A stretch of DNA of 53,654 bases from an uncultured Alphaproteobacteria bacterium (GCA_938034375.1 CALHLB010000081.1:1-53654), one strand, 5' to 3'. Counted from the first letter of the stretch, positions 35,135-45,571 are shown. Translations and numbers: made by a program. Notes: generated from the letters alone by a model not told the origin.

Positions 35135-36667
35135 TTATTGAGTTAAAACAGGTGTTCCAATTTCCTGCTGAACTATGGCTTTAAAGACGGCGGTTAACTC
35201 TCCAACAGATGATGCCGTTAGAAAATGCGGTACTTCACCTGGACTGTCTAAAGAGGAGCAATCTCTTAAAACAAGATTAGCCGCTGTTTCAGGATTACCG
35301 ACTTCAATTTGTGGACCCAGCGCGACTGTATAGACCTCAACATTGCGGTTTGCCTCTTTCGCAAGATCGCAGAAGTTTCTTGCACTTTTAAAAGCAACAT
35401 TTCTAGCCGCCCGGCTACCTGGATTACGGATCCCCGGCTTATTATCAAATAGATGGGTATTAAATTCGCCATCCGTCATGACAATAAGCACTTTACGAAC
35501 ATTTTCTTCATTATATGAGGCTGGTTTTGAAGCCTTGGGCCAGAATGATTGCCAATTTTCAGAAAGTAAATTAAGCCCCCAATTAATGCCATTGTGACCC
35601 GCTGTATAACCTGAAGGTTTCATAGATTTTATATCAAAAATCAAATCAGCCCTGTTATTTGTTAAAGGGCGAATGGCAACATCGGGGCAAATGGGCAATC
35701 TCTTAAAGCGGCTTACACTACGTAGCAATTTATCAGTCTCATAAAAACTTGCCCTTTGCTGTTTAAACTTACGGTATGTATCAACATTTTGAGAAGGCGC
35801 CCTATCGCCAAAACTGTTTGCACCTTCCCTCTCGCTAACACATTGATGGGCAAGATTATCAAAAACCCTCTGCTTTTGATCTTCATTCAAAGTCGCATTT
35901 AGACGGCGCGCCCGCTGTAAAAAACGCTGTGTTGGATTATTAACATTTCCCAAAACACTATCACTGAAAATATTCACAGAATCCAGATAATAGCTCCCCA
36001 AATTAACGGATGTTGCATAAGGAACTAATCCAACACGAACAAGATCATCATTTTGCCCATCCAGCGGCAATACAATGTCTATGGTTTCTAGCATGGCACT
36101 TTTAAGCGCATTAATGCGTTCATTATTCTTTCTGCCATTAGGATTATTAATTTGACGCGCCATTGAACCTGTATTGTCCAGAACGAAGACAAGTTCCGTT
36201 TTTTGCTCTAATCCATTGCCAAAATCAGCACTGGAAACAAGGTTGCGATTGATTGTGTTAAGCCCAAAAATGCTACTAAAATAAGTTGGAACCTTAAGAT
36301 TGGCTGTAGCCGTTATCTCGTTCGTACCAGGCTTTTGCTGAATATTCAAACTGCCTGTAACGGCATTAAAATCAATGACAGATGTCTCCTGCAAATTCAG
36401 TACAAATGCCTGTTCAGCCTTTTTTCTGGCTGAGCGCTCCAGTGTTCCTCCCTGATCCAGGTCAATAGCAGCAGCAAGACTGGCACTGTCCAAAGAAGCC
36501 TCCACAATTCTGCTGATGGTTATATAATTGGTATAGTCAACAGCAAAACCAGAGATAAAAATAAATATAGGCAAAGTAATCGCAATAATGATTGCGAAAA
36601 CACCCCTCACATCACGCTTAAAACAGTCCACTTTACTCTTAAGAAATTCTCGCATCTTATCTCTCAT
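35135..36667 (-). CDS. TadE/TadG-like pseudopilin with vWA domain
   Basis: RG-VFAIIIAI prepilin-like N-terminus, FAVDY, LDSASLAAA; MIDAS VLDNTGSM, T, MTDG. Confidence 0.85.
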   Translation of the reverse strand: MRDKMREFLKSKVDCFKRDVRGVFAIIIAITLPIFIFISGFAVDYTNYITISRIVEASLDSASLAAAIDLDQGGTLERSARKKAEQAFVLNLQETSVIDFNAVTGSLNIQQKPGTNEITATANLKVPTYFSSIFGLNTINRNLVSSADFGNGLEQKTELVFVLDNTGSMARQINNPNGRKNNERINALKSAMLETIDIVLPLDGQNDDLVRVGLVPYATSVNLGSYYLDSVNIFSDSVLGNVNNPTQRFLQRARRLNATLNEDQKQRVFDNLAHQCVSEREGANSFGDRAPSQNVDTYRKFKQQRASFYETDKLLRSVSRFKRLPICPDVAIRPLTNNRADLIFDIKSMKPSGYTAGHNGINWGLNLLSENWQSFWPKASKPASYNEENVRKVLIVMTDGEFNTHLFDNKPGIRNPGSRAARNVAFKSARNFCDLAKEANRNVEVYTVALGPQIEVGNPETAANLVLRDCSSLDSPGEVPHFLTASSVGELTAVFKAIVQQEIGTPVLTQ

Positions 36668-36857
36668 TCATAAAAATGATAATTGATGCGTTAATATAAT
36701 ATAAATAATCATTAAAAAAATAATTTTAACAATTAACCATAAACAAACAAGATTAACAAATATAAGTCATTAAAAAACAAAATCAAAATAGAACAAACAA
36801 TATTTAATTTAATAAAAATTTAAATTTAAAAATTAACGAAATATATTAACCTATTCA

Positions 36858-37943
36858 CTATTTTTTACTTCGCCACGCCTTCCTCGAATTCAATTTCATG
36901 ACATAGCTGATAACATCTGCGACAGCCTTATAATGTTCAGATGGCACTTCCTCATCAATTTCAACCGTAGCATAAAGCGCGCGGGCAAGAGGTGGATTTG
37001 CAACCAAAGGAATATCATGCTCCTGCGCCAGCTCCCGAATTCTAAAGGCAACATCATCCACCCCTTTTGCAAGAACAAGCGGTGCATTCATGCCCTGCTC
37101 ATATTTTAACGCAACAGAATAGTGCGTGGGGTTTGTAACAATAACATCAGCTTGGGGGACAGCCGCCATCATGCGTTTTCTGGCTCTCTCCTGTCTGATC
37201 TGGCGAATGCGACCTTTAATCTGCGGATCCCCTTCCTGGGCCTTGAACTCGTCTTTCACCTCTTTCAGGGTCATTTTCTGTTTTTGCATCCAGCGCCATT
37301 TTTCGTAGGAATAATCAACAATGGCAATGACAGTAAAAAGAATAAATGTTGCTCCCAAAAGCTTTAAAGTTAGCTCTTGCATAATAGGCATGAGCTGCGC
37401 CAGGTCTGTGCGGACCAGAAGATCAAAACGGTCTCTCTCCGGCCAAATCACTACAACTAGGATGATGCTCACGAGCGTAATTTTAACAACACCTTTGCCA
37501 AAATTCAAAAGGCTCTGCGTTGAAAAAAGACGGCCAAAGCCAGCGATAGGCGATATTTTGGACAATTTGGGTGTAAGAGGTTCTGTTGAAAAAACCGGAG
37601 CATGTTGAATAATATTTCCAAGAAGACCCGCCGCAGCCAAAATAAGAAGCGGTATCATAAGAGGCATTAGCAGCGTTTTACCAACAAGCGCCCATAATTT
37701 TCGTAAGCCACCATTATCAACCGGAATACTATCAGAATGCTCCACAAGGCCAGAAAGTTCATGCATCAAGGATGACGCCATGCTAGATCCAAAACCAGCA
37801 ATGACAATAAGAGAAGCCGCCATAATAAACCAGGTATTTACCTCTTGGCTTTTGGCAACATCACCTTTTTCTTGTGCGTCTCGTAATCGTTTGTCGGTTG
37901 GGTCTTCGGTTTTTTCACCGCCATCTTCTGCTTCTTCTGCCAT
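36858..37943 (-). CDS. flhB: Flagellar export protein FlhB
   Basis: EKTEDPT, EGDPQIK, TNPTHY autocleavage motif. Confidence 0.97.
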   Translation of the reverse strand: MAEEAEDGGEKTEDPTDKRLRDAQEKGDVAKSQEVNTWFIMAASLIVIAGFGSSMASSLMHELSGLVEHSDSIPVDNGGLRKLWALVGKTLLMPLMIPLLILAAAGLLGNIIQHAPVFSTEPLTPKLSKISPIAGFGRLFSTQSLLNFGKGVVKITLVSIILVVVIWPERDRFDLLVRTDLAQLMPIMQELTLKLLGATFILFTVIAIVDYSYEKWRWMQKQKMTLKEVKDEFKAQEGDPQIKGRIRQIRQERARKRMMAAVPQADVIVTNPTHYSVALKYEQGMNAPLVLAKGVDDVAFRIRELAQEHDIPLVANPPLARALYATVEIDEEVPSEHYKAVADVISYVMKLNSRKAWRSKK

Positions 37944-37952
37944 ACTCTCCCC

Positions 37953-38714
37953 CTACTTTACCAAAAAAACAGAGAGACCCTGCTGCACATGTTCAATATA
38001 CCAGAACATCATCGTACCAATTAAGGCAAAAAGCGCAAAAAAGCCGATCATAATATTGGCCGGCAATAAAACCAGTAAAACTTGAAATTGCGGCATAAGG
38101 CGCGATAAAATACCAACACCCACATTAAACACAAAGCCAATAACAATAAATGGCGCTGAAAGCTGCACGCCAATTAAAAAAGAACGAGCAAATAGCATAA
38201 CACCCGCTTCAACAACGTCCCCCACAGGCATTAATTCACCCGGTTTAAAAAGTTGATAGCTATCATGCATTGCAGCAATAATGATGTGGTGAACATCCAT
38301 TGCAAAAATTAAAGTTAAACTCAAAGTAGAAAGAAAACTGGCAATCAACGTACCTTGAACAGCCGTAGATAAATCTGTGTTTTGCGCTGATGACAAACTG
38401 GTTTGAAAAGCGATAGAAGCGCCTGCTGTCTGCAAAGCAGCTGTTAACATGCTGCCCGTCATACCAATAAATAATCCCACAATCATTTCTGATATAAGCA
38501 GGAAAACAAGGGCAAAAAGCCCTGTTGGCAAAGCTGGCAATACCTCTTCAACAACAGGCACCAGCACAATTGTGATAAGAAGTGCGGTTGAAAGTCTGAT
38601 GCGCTGCGGAATACTTTGAGCACCAATTGCAGGCATAAGAGATAAAATCATCGCCGTACGAGCAAAAACCAACATATAATGAAAAGCAAACAGGGGTAAG
38701 AAACCAAATTCCAC
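37953..38714 (-). CDS. fliR: Flagellar export protein FliR
   Basis: Multi-TM, LVFAR, LSRLMPQFQV; lies between fliQ and flhB. Confidence 0.93.
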   Translation of the reverse strand: MEFGFLPLFAFHYMLVFARTAMILSLMPAIGAQSIPQRIRLSTALLITIVLVPVVEEVLPALPTGLFALVFLLISEMIVGLFIGMTGSMLTAALQTAGASIAFQTSLSSAQNTDLSTAVQGTLIASFLSTLSLTLIFAMDVHHIIIAAMHDSYQLFKPGELMPVGDVVEAGVMLFARSFLIGVQLSAPFIVIGFVFNVGVGILSRLMPQFQVLLVLLPANIMIGFFALFALIGTMMFWYIEHVQQGLSVFLVK

Positions 38715-38719
38715 CGCCC

Positions 38720-38986
38720 TTACCCACCTGATACAATTTTTTCAAAGATACGTTCTGAAAAGCTGTTCATCAAAGCCCCCATAAAAGGTAACGTAATAAG
38801 GGCTGCCAAAAACATGGCAATAATTTTAGGAATAAAAACAAGCGTTAGTTCCTGCACCTGCGTCAAGGCTTGCAACAAAGCCACAATCAAACCAACAAAA
38901 AGCCCTGTTAGCATTGTCGGCAAACCAACATATAGCAAGGTCCAAATGCTATCTCTTGCAATATCTAAAACTTCAGCACCGCTCAT
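38720..38986 (-). CDS. fliQ: Flagellar export protein FliQ
   Basis: LQALTQVQELTLVFIPKI. Confidence 0.95.
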   Translation of the reverse strand: MSGAEVLDIARDSIWTLLYVGLPTMLTGLFVGLIVALLQALTQVQELTLVFIPKIIAMFLAALITLPFMGALMNSFSERIFEKIVSGG

Positions 38987-39016
38987 CTTTTTTCCTTAAA
39001 AACGATGCCCTATTAG

Positions 39017-39343
39017 CTAGATAGGCATACGCATAATTTCTTCATATGATTGAATAACACGGTCGCGCATTGAAACCATGGATTGCAGCGCAACCTCTGT
39101 TTCAGCAACAGCAGTTACCACATCAATCATATCACCTTGCCCCTGAACGGCAGAAAGTGTTTGAGTTTCAACACTTTTCCCCGCTGCAGTAACATTTTCA
39201 ACAGTCTGGCTTAAAAACTGTTCAAAATTTTCCCCTATAGACTGTGTTAGCGATGATGCCTGATTCTGTCCTTGAGAGATAGTATCAACAAGGTTGGCTG
39301 TTGACTGATAAGCAGATAACGCGGCTGATGTCGGTAAAGTCAT
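39017..39343 (-). CDS. fliE: Hook-basal body protein FliE
   Basis: RDRVIQSYEEIMRMPI C-terminus. Confidence 0.93.
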   Translation of the reverse strand: MTLPTSAALSAYQSTANLVDTISQGQNQASSLTQSIGENFEQFLSQTVENVTAAGKSVETQTLSAVQGQGDMIDVVTAVAETEVALQSMVSMRDRVIQSYEEIMRMPI

Positions 39344-39361
39344 GGTTATTATCCTTTAAAA

Positions 39362-39772
39362 TCAGGCTCGCAAAATTTCCAGAGTTCTGGCAAGCATGGT
39401 TCTGGTTGATGTAATGACGTTAAGGTTTGCCTCATAACTGCGCTGCGCTTCACGCATATCAACAGCCTCAACAAGGCGGTCGACATTTGGCATTTTAACA
39501 TATCCGTCACCATTCGCAGCAGGATGGGAAGGGTTAAAACGCAATGTAAAATCAGAGTTATCTTTTTCAATGCGCCCCAATTCCACTTTATTGGCTTTCA
39601 TTTTAGAATCATAAACAGCCTCAAAAGTTGGTATTTTGCGACGATAAGGATCCCCGTTCGGTGTTCTTGCGGTTGAATCTGCGTTAGCAATATTTTCCGC
39701 AATAACCCGCATCCGGCCAGATTGAGCTTTCAAGCCAGAGGCTGCAACAAAAAGAGACTTCATAAAATCCAT
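39362..39772 (-). CDS. flgC: Basal-body rod protein FlgC
   Basis: IAENIANADS, PYRRK, HPAA..DGYVKMPNV, RSYEANL. Confidence 0.96.
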   Translation of the reverse strand: MDFMKSLFVAASGLKAQSGRMRVIAENIANADSTARTPNGDPYRRKIPTFEAVYDSKMKANKVELGRIEKDNSDFTLRFNPSHPAANGDGYVKMPNVDRLVEAVDMREAQRSYEANLNVITSTRTMLARTLEILRA

Positions 39773-39795
39773 AAGATATTCTCCATAAAATCAGC

Positions 39796-40212
39796 CTATT
39801 GGCCACGCCCCATCGCTGTTTTCAAAAGACCCAGATTGGAAGTATAAAGCGATGTTACGGCTTCATAATCCATTTGATTAGACGCAATTTTCGACATTTG
39901 CTCTTCAAGAACAACGGAATTGCCATCTGGTGTGATTTCAAAAGAATCACTTTCAATCGCACCAGATGAAAGCCTTGACGGCGCCACACTTCCAGCAATG
40001 TGGTTTTTATGCGTTAAAAACGTCTCAAAACCACCCGATGATTGTGCTGAAGCAAGTTTAAGGCCCGATTTATCAAGGGGTTTCAATTCCATCGCCATAT
40101 AGCCAGGCGTTGCCGCATTAGCTATATTTTCAGATAAAACACCCTGACGTGCCTGATGCCACTGCATCTTATTTTTAAGCGCGGTAAAAACCGACAATCC
40201 CATAAAGTCCAT
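39796..40212 (-). CDS. flgB: Basal-body rod protein FlgB
   Basis: RQGVLSENIANA.TPGY, PDGNSV.LEEQM; ATG 40212 with GGGGAG SD. Confidence 0.94.
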   Translation of the reverse strand: MDFMGLSVFTALKNKMQWHQARQGVLSENIANAATPGYMAMELKPLDKSGLKLASAQSSGGFETFLTHKNHIAGSVAPSRLSSGAIESDSFEITPDGNSVVLEEQMSKIASNQMDYEAVTSLYTSNLGLLKTAMGRGQ

Positions 40213-40213
40213 C

Positions 40214-40274
40214 GCGATGCTCCCCAGCAATTCGCTTAGGTTAAAAAGATTCTAATCGCTCCCCAACCAGAATC
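40214..40274 (-). ncRNA. Structured flgB 5' leader: two hairpins with (U)GGGGA loops
   Basis: GAUUCUGGUU-GGGGAGC-GAUUAGAAUC (three G-U pairs) and GCGA(AU)UGC-UGGGGA-GCAUCGC; the second hairpin contains the SD. Confidence 0.6.
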
Positions 40275-40279
40275 ATCAT

Positions 40280-40337
40280 AGGAAAATCTTGCCTGCTTAT
40301 GGTTAATCAAGTGTTAACAACTAGGTAAGGATTGCCT
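40280..40337. promoter_or_regulatory. Two ftr-like (FlbD-type) palindromes flanking the CtrA box
   Basis: AGGAAAATCTTGCCT (40280-40294) and AGGTAAGGATTGCCT (40323-40337); consensus GGCAA-N3-TTGCC. Confidence 0.6.
40299..40318 (-). promoter_or_regulatory. CtrA box of the flgB class II promoter
   Basis: TTAA-N7-TTAA at 40303-40317; minus strand GTTAACACTTGATTAACCAT. Confidence 0.85.
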
Positions 40338-40528
40338 GGCAAATCTTAATAAAATGCAAATTGGCAACACTTAACGAGATAAAACACAAGCGAATAAAAG
40401 ACCTGTTGCAACTGTTTTTTTAATAACGCCTAATGAAAACAAATTACAGATACATTGCTAAATCATTTAAAAATCATGGAACGGTTTAGAAAGCATCTTT
40501 TCATTTACGCCATATCAGGGCCAATAGA

Positions 40529-41065
40529 ATGACAGAATGGTTAAACCCGATTGTTGGGGAAGAATATGCAAACTACGCCTCTATAGGCATCGCACTCATT
40601 ATTGTTTTTCTTTTAATTTCATTTTTGTTTAGAATTTTAAACGCCTTTCGTGCCGGTGGCTTTAACGGTAAACGTCAAAACAGACTTGGCATAACCCAAG
40701 CCATTGCCCTGGAAGGAAAAAGACGCATTGTTCTTGTAAGGCGCGATGATGTGGAACATCTCATCATGATTGGGGGTGAAAATGATCTTGTTATTGAAAA
40801 AAACATAGAGGGTAAAGTGCCAAAGCCCCTACCCAATAAAAAAGAAGTAACAGAAAAAAAACAAGCAGTCATAACCAATAATGACGAACAAACCCTTGTT
40901 AAAAAAAAGCCTTTAAACAACAAAACCGATAACGTTCCAGTCACAATTTCTGAACCGGCCCTCGAACGGAAAAGAAAAACTGTTAGTAACCCACAAACCC
41001 CTAACGACTCAGCTAAAATAACAAAAGAAATGGATCTTCTTTTGGACCAGATAGCTGGAGATTAA
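40529..41065 (+). CDS. fliO: Flagellar biosynthesis protein FliO
   Basis: N-terminal TM, RLGI..AI.L.GKRRIVLVRRDDVEHLIMIGG; directly upstream of fliP. Confidence 0.85.
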   Translation: MTEWLNPIVGEEYANYASIGIALIIVFLLISFLFRILNAFRAGGFNGKRQNRLGITQAIALEGKRRIVLVRRDDVEHLIMIGGENDLVIEKNIEGKVPKPLPNKKEVTEKKQAVITNNDEQTLVKKKPLNNKTDNVPVTISEPALERKRKTVSNPQTPNDSAKITKEMDLLLDQIAGD

Positions 41066-41069
41066 AAAT

Positions 41070-41906
41070 ATGCCCATTGCCTTTTTAAGGAAGGCACAAA
41101 AAATAAAGCAGATAAACACTCAATTTACTCAAAAAAACATACACCATCATACAAAAAAGCCTAAAGGCTTTTGGGCCAAGTTTGTTTTGTGTTCAATATG
41201 CTTTATATTTGCCCTATATCCTGATTATGGTCACACTCAAGGTGTAACACTTGATTTTACAGGCGACACATCAGTCACCGAGCGAGCCATTCAACTTGTC
41301 GCGCTGGTCACGATTTTAGGTCTGGCACCTTCCATTCTGGTTATGGTAACTTCTTTCACCCGCATTGTTGTCGTTCTTTCACTTTTGCGCTCGGCCATCG
41401 GTCTCCAAACCGCCCCGCCAAATTCCGTTATGATCGGGCTGGCCCTTTTTTTAACAAGCTTCATTATGATGCCAACATTGGAAGAGGCTTATAATACAGG
41501 CCTAGAGCCTTTAATTAATGAAGAAATTGAATTAAATGAAGCCTTGCAACTTTCTGCAAAACCATTTCATGCATTTATGCTTAGCCATGTTAGAGAAAAA
41601 GATATTGAGCTTTTTCAATCATTAAGCGGCAATCCGCTGCCCGATACTCCGCAAGATCTGGAGCTTAGAATTTTAATACCAGCCTTTATGATTGGTGAGT
41701 TAAAACGCGCTTTTGAAATAGGTTTTCTGCTTTATCTACCATTTGTCATCATAGACCTTGTTGTTGCTTCAATATTAATGTCGATGGGTATGATGATGCT
41801 ACCCCCTATCGTGATTTCCCTTCCCTTTAAACTCATCTTCTTTGTCTTGATAGACGGTTGGCACTTATTAGCTGGATCTCTTATCCGTAGTTTTGGTATA
41901 GGTTAG
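41070..41906 (+). CDS. fliP: Flagellar export protein FliP
   Basis: TSFTRIVVVLS, PPN, ELKRAFEIGF, MGMMMLPP, LPFKL. Confidence 0.97.
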   Translation: MPIAFLRKAQKIKQINTQFTQKNIHHHTKKPKGFWAKFVLCSICFIFALYPDYGHTQGVTLDFTGDTSVTERAIQLVALVTILGLAPSILVMVTSFTRIVVVLSLLRSAIGLQTAPPNSVMIGLALFLTSFIMMPTLEEAYNTGLEPLINEEIELNEALQLSAKPFHAFMLSHVREKDIELFQSLSGNPLPDTPQDLELRILIPAFMIGELKRAFEIGFLLYLPFVIIDLVVASILMSMGMMMLPPIVISLPFKLIFFVLIDGWHLLAGSLIRSFGIG

Positions 41907-41918
41907 AAAAGAATATCC

Positions 41919-44900
41919 CTAAGCATCCGGCGCTTTGGGAAGTGCATTACGTGTGCGCGATAAATAGCGACGGCGATAATCACGTAAAAAAGAATCCACT
42001 GTACCAATATTCAAGATACTGTCTACAGCAACATCTCGCTCAAAACTCTGTTCATCTTGTGGCTGAACCAAAACCTGAAAAATTGAAGCATCTTGACTTT
42101 CAGCCATTTTTTGTCCGAACTTCTGGTTCAGACGGTTAAGAGCAAAATCATCTTTACCAAGAGAAAAAGCAATAGCCGCACGCATAATATCAAGTCTTAC
42201 ATGAGGCTCCAGCGGGTCGACATCAGCCCATCGGCCACTATGTGCTTTTTCTAAAAGTTCACCAGCTGCACTCCAGCGACGCGCATCCCAATTAATGTTA
42301 GCCCGTAACCTGTTCACATCTCCTCCCTCAAGACTTTCTAAAAGCTCAAGTGCAATATCGTATTTGCCAATTTCAGAAAGAGCATAAGCTTCAACCAATC
42401 GCCTTTGACGTTTTAGTGTTGCAGGAATACTGGCAGAACGCGTTTTATGTATCGTGGTTATAGCCTTATGAGGTTCATGGTCCAAAAGCTGCACCACTGC
42501 CAAATCGGCTGCAACCCTTGCTCTTGCAGAACCTTTGAGGCGTTTATCAATCTGATGCTGCAATAAATCCGCTGCCTGCGGCAAAAGATCAAGATCAACC
42601 AATCTTCTGGAAAGGTAGCGCACAATCTCATCGCCTACACGACCAATTGGGGTTAAATGTTTAAAGTCATAATAAAGACTAAGTGCCTCAATAGGTTCAA
42701 GGTTATCAGCCTTACCGTCATGAAACAAATCCACAAACAAAGCTTTCATATCATCTTGAAGGCCATAGGTAATGGACGAAGTATTATCTGAGATTGTCGC
42801 CGTTTTTACCAATTTAAAAGCCTTGCGGTATTCTCCTTCTTCAGCCAGAACACCACTTAGATTTCTTAAGGCTTGCAATTCAAGGTCATCATTACGCCAA
42901 ATTGCGACAAATTTTTCATATTCTTCAATCGTATCCTTGTTGGCGACTTTGCCAGTCTTATGATTTAAATCGATAAGACCGAGACGAGCCTCTGATACAA
43001 TACGCGGATCATTAAAAACAACGGCTCGGTTATAAAAAAAGCGGGCATCTTCATTGCGCCCTTCTTCTATTGCCAATTGCGCCTGCAAAAGCTCATATCG
43101 TCCGAGATTATAACGTGATGCATCCCGTAAAACGAGATTGCTTAGATAATTCTTAGCGCTGCTCAAATCTTTCAAAACAAGAGAAGCTTTGGCAGCTGAC
43201 AAAAAAAAGTCTTGTTGGGTTTCTGGATAATAGGAAGAAAGCCTCACTTTGCCAAGAACAGCGCTTTCAGCTGCTATAGACCATTTACCTTCATTAACAG
43301 CTGCAATTGTGCGCCAAACAGCGGCATCTTGATCCTTATGATAACTTTCCTCCCCTAAAGTTTTGATAGCATCATCAAAGCGCCCCATTGTTATTTGAGC
43401 AGCCGCCCTTGATAAAACAAATGTTCGTTTATTTTCTAAAAGCGGTTGAATAGCTAAAGCCCTATCAATGTTGGCTAGCGCCTCAGGTCCATAATGGTTA
43501 GCAACATAAAACTTGGCTAGAGAAAGATGTGCTTTAGGTAATTCTTCATCTGAAGCAGAAATAATCTGATTAATCAAATCGGCTTCCCGTGTCGCAAACC
43601 GCACTCTTTCAGCCTTATCAGCAGTCGTAATTTCTAAAGGTTCATCATACCATTCACCGGTAATAATCTTACCACTGGCAGAAGCACGTAATTCCTTAAG
43701 TGTTGAGAGGTTAAGCGCCCGCTCAGAACTTTCAATAGCAACGCCACTTTCTTCAATACGCGCTCTTACCGTATCGCCTAGAGGAACAAAAGCAACCGCA
43801 TGCGTTGAAGGTAAAATTGTTAGCATTACAAATTTTTGAGAACGAATAAGTCCACGCGAGGGAGGATCAGCCACGACAACATGAACTTTATCGCCAACAT
43901 CTGGATCGGTAAAAATCTCACTTCCTCTGGCATTATTAAGAGTCACATTCAAAAACAGGCCTTGCTCACTTAATTGTCTCTCTACTATTAAAGGTTCTGA
44001 TGCTCGAATAACTGAATTACCAATAGAAACAATCCAGCTATTCTCATCAATCGCGGCAGAAGCAAGTTGCGCCGTTGGTAAAACTATACGAACGGCTTTA
44101 TAATTTCCTTTTTCAATGATTTCTACCTTACGTAAGAACTCACCTTTAAGATTATCCAACCCGCTTATATCAATCTCATCTTCTGTTAAAAAAACCATCC
44201 AGACGGATTTATCCCGACGAAAAATAGCCGATGGCGTTTGCTTATCAAAAGGAAATACAACCCTTAAAGCGTCATTATTTTCATTAATGCTTGCCTCAAC
44301 AGCACTAACACCTTGAACTTTTTTGTCTGCCTCATCCACTTTTTCAGGGTTTAAGGCAAAGCCCTGTTCACCAGTCAACTGCTCAGAGTTTGATTTGTCT
44401 TTCTCTTCTGCAACATTTTTCAACGCATTATTTTCACGGCCATCTCTTGGAACAGCGCTTGGTGGATCCCCTTGCTTATTTTCCTGCTGTATGGTCTGTG
44501 ATCTTGTTTGCGTCTCTTGCGGGATTTGTGCATGATCTTCAGCCAACCCTCTTGGCGCAATGCTTGGCGGAGCAACTTGCGAAACATCGCGCGCTGTATC
44601 AGGAACCGCCGGTAAGCCACCAATGACAAACGGAGCACCATTTTTATTATCTAACTGGTCACCCGTAATATCAATGATATAATCATCCCCATCTATATAA
44701 GAGCGGATGCGCGCCTTTTTATCCAACTTCATACGAACAATGGTTTGATCTTTTCCTAACTGGCCAATAATACGTTTTACAAATGCTGGCGGCGCGGCAT
44801 TGATTGGGCCAAAGTCATATTTGCCAACCTTATCAAAAACTAGAATGGCAATATCATCCTCCCTCTTAAATGAAACACCATAGGGAACATTCCATGAAAA

Positions 44901-45521
44901 AACAAAACGACTAAAAGTTGGGTGCCGACCAAGGCGAACATTTAAAACAACCTTCTTTTCATCGTCATCATCGCTATTTAAAAGAGCATTTTGCTTGGCA
45001 AGAGCAAGAGCAGCTTCGGCTCTGCTTTCCAGTTTTCTAACAACATCTTCCGGAATTGAAGGATTTTCTGCAGTCCACGTCCTTGGTAAAAAGTCAATAT
45101 AAAAGTGTTCACCAGCGGCAAGCGTATTTACCCTAACGCCAGCAGCAAGAGCAAATCTTAAAACGGTGCCTTCTGGATCTTGGCGAGCAATTAAAACATA
45201 ATCTTTTAGAGGTTCAGCAGCTTTAACAAGGTCAATATTAATCGGTTCATCAAGACGCAAAACCACAACATTATCATCCGTTGAAATCGTATGATTAAGA
45301 AATTTTGTCCTGTCTGGTAAGCTTAGTGAAAATCGACCAAAGCCCCGATCTGTTTCAACATCAACACGTACATTAACCGCTTCTGGTTCTTGCGCTAAGC
45401 CGTTTGAAATCCCTGAAAGAATAGCTAAAGCAAAGGCAAGTATAAATAGAAGGCAGAAAAAACACTTCCCAACCTCTAATAAATGGCCCTTAAGCCTGTT
45501 ATGGAAACAACATAAATTCAA
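41919..45521 (-). CDS. Large exported TPR-containing flagellum-associated protein
   Basis: N-terminal hydrophobic segment, beta-rich repeats (RLGRHPTFSRFVF), helical TPR-like C-terminal half; downstream of motE. Confidence 0.75.
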   Translation of the reverse strand: MNLCCFHNRLKGHLLEVGKCFFCLLFILAFALAILSGISNGLAQEPEAVNVRVDVETDRGFGRFSLSLPDRTKFLNHTISTDDNVVVLRLDEPINIDLVKAAEPLKDYVLIARQDPEGTVLRFALAAGVRVNTLAAGEHFYIDFLPRTWTAENPSIPEDVVRKLESRAEAALALAKQNALLNSDDDDEKKVVLNVRLGRHPTFSRFVFSWNVPYGVSFKREDDIAILVFDKVGKYDFGPINAAPPAFVKRIIGQLGKDQTIVRMKLDKKARIRSYIDGDDYIIDITGDQLDNKNGAPFVIGGLPAVPDTARDVSQVAPPSIAPRGLAEDHAQIPQETQTRSQTIQQENKQGDPPSAVPRDGRENNALKNVAEEKDKSNSEQLTGEQGFALNPEKVDEADKKVQGVSAVEASINENNDALRVVFPFDKQTPSAIFRRDKSVWMVFLTEDEIDISGLDNLKGEFLRKVEIIEKGNYKAVRIVLPTAQLASAAIDENSWIVSIGNSVIRASEPLIVERQLSEQGLFLNVTLNNARGSEIFTDPDVGDKVHVVVADPPSRGLIRSQKFVMLTILPSTHAVAFVPLGDTVRARIEESGVAIESSERALNLSTLKELRASASGKIITGEWYDEPLEITTADKAERVRFATREADLINQIISASDEELPKAHLSLAKFYVANHYGPEALANIDRALAIQPLLENKRTFVLSRAAAQITMGRFDDAIKTLGEESYHKDQDAAVWRTIAAVNEGKWSIAAESAVLGKVRLSSYYPETQQDFFLSAAKASLVLKDLSSAKNYLSNLVLRDASRYNLGRYELLQAQLAIEEGRNEDARFFYNRAVVFNDPRIVSEARLGLIDLNHKTGKVANKDTIEEYEKFVAIWRNDDLELQALRNLSGVLAEEGEYRKAFKLVKTATISDNTSSITYGLQDDMKALFVDLFHDGKADNLEPIEALSLYYDFKHLTPIGRVGDEIVRYLSRRLVDLDLLPQAADLLQHQIDKRLKGSARARVAADLAVVQLLDHEPHKAITTIHKTRSASIPATLKRQRRLVEAYALSEIGKYDIALELLESLEGGDVNRLRANINWDARRWSAAGELLEKAHSGRWADVDPLEPHVRLDIMRAAIAFSLGKDDFALNRLNQKFGQKMAESQDASIFQVLVQPQDEQSFERDVAVDSILNIGTVDSFLRDYRRRYLSRTRNALPKAPDA

Positions 45522-45571
45522 CAGACCGACTTCATATCCTCTTTCATTGATTTACATAAAGTATCATTAGG

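Noticed and set aside
35994-36002. TTGGGGAG on the minus strand inside the TadG-like gene
   Set aside because: Coding sequence (Leu-Gly-Ser) with no flanking stem; chance match.
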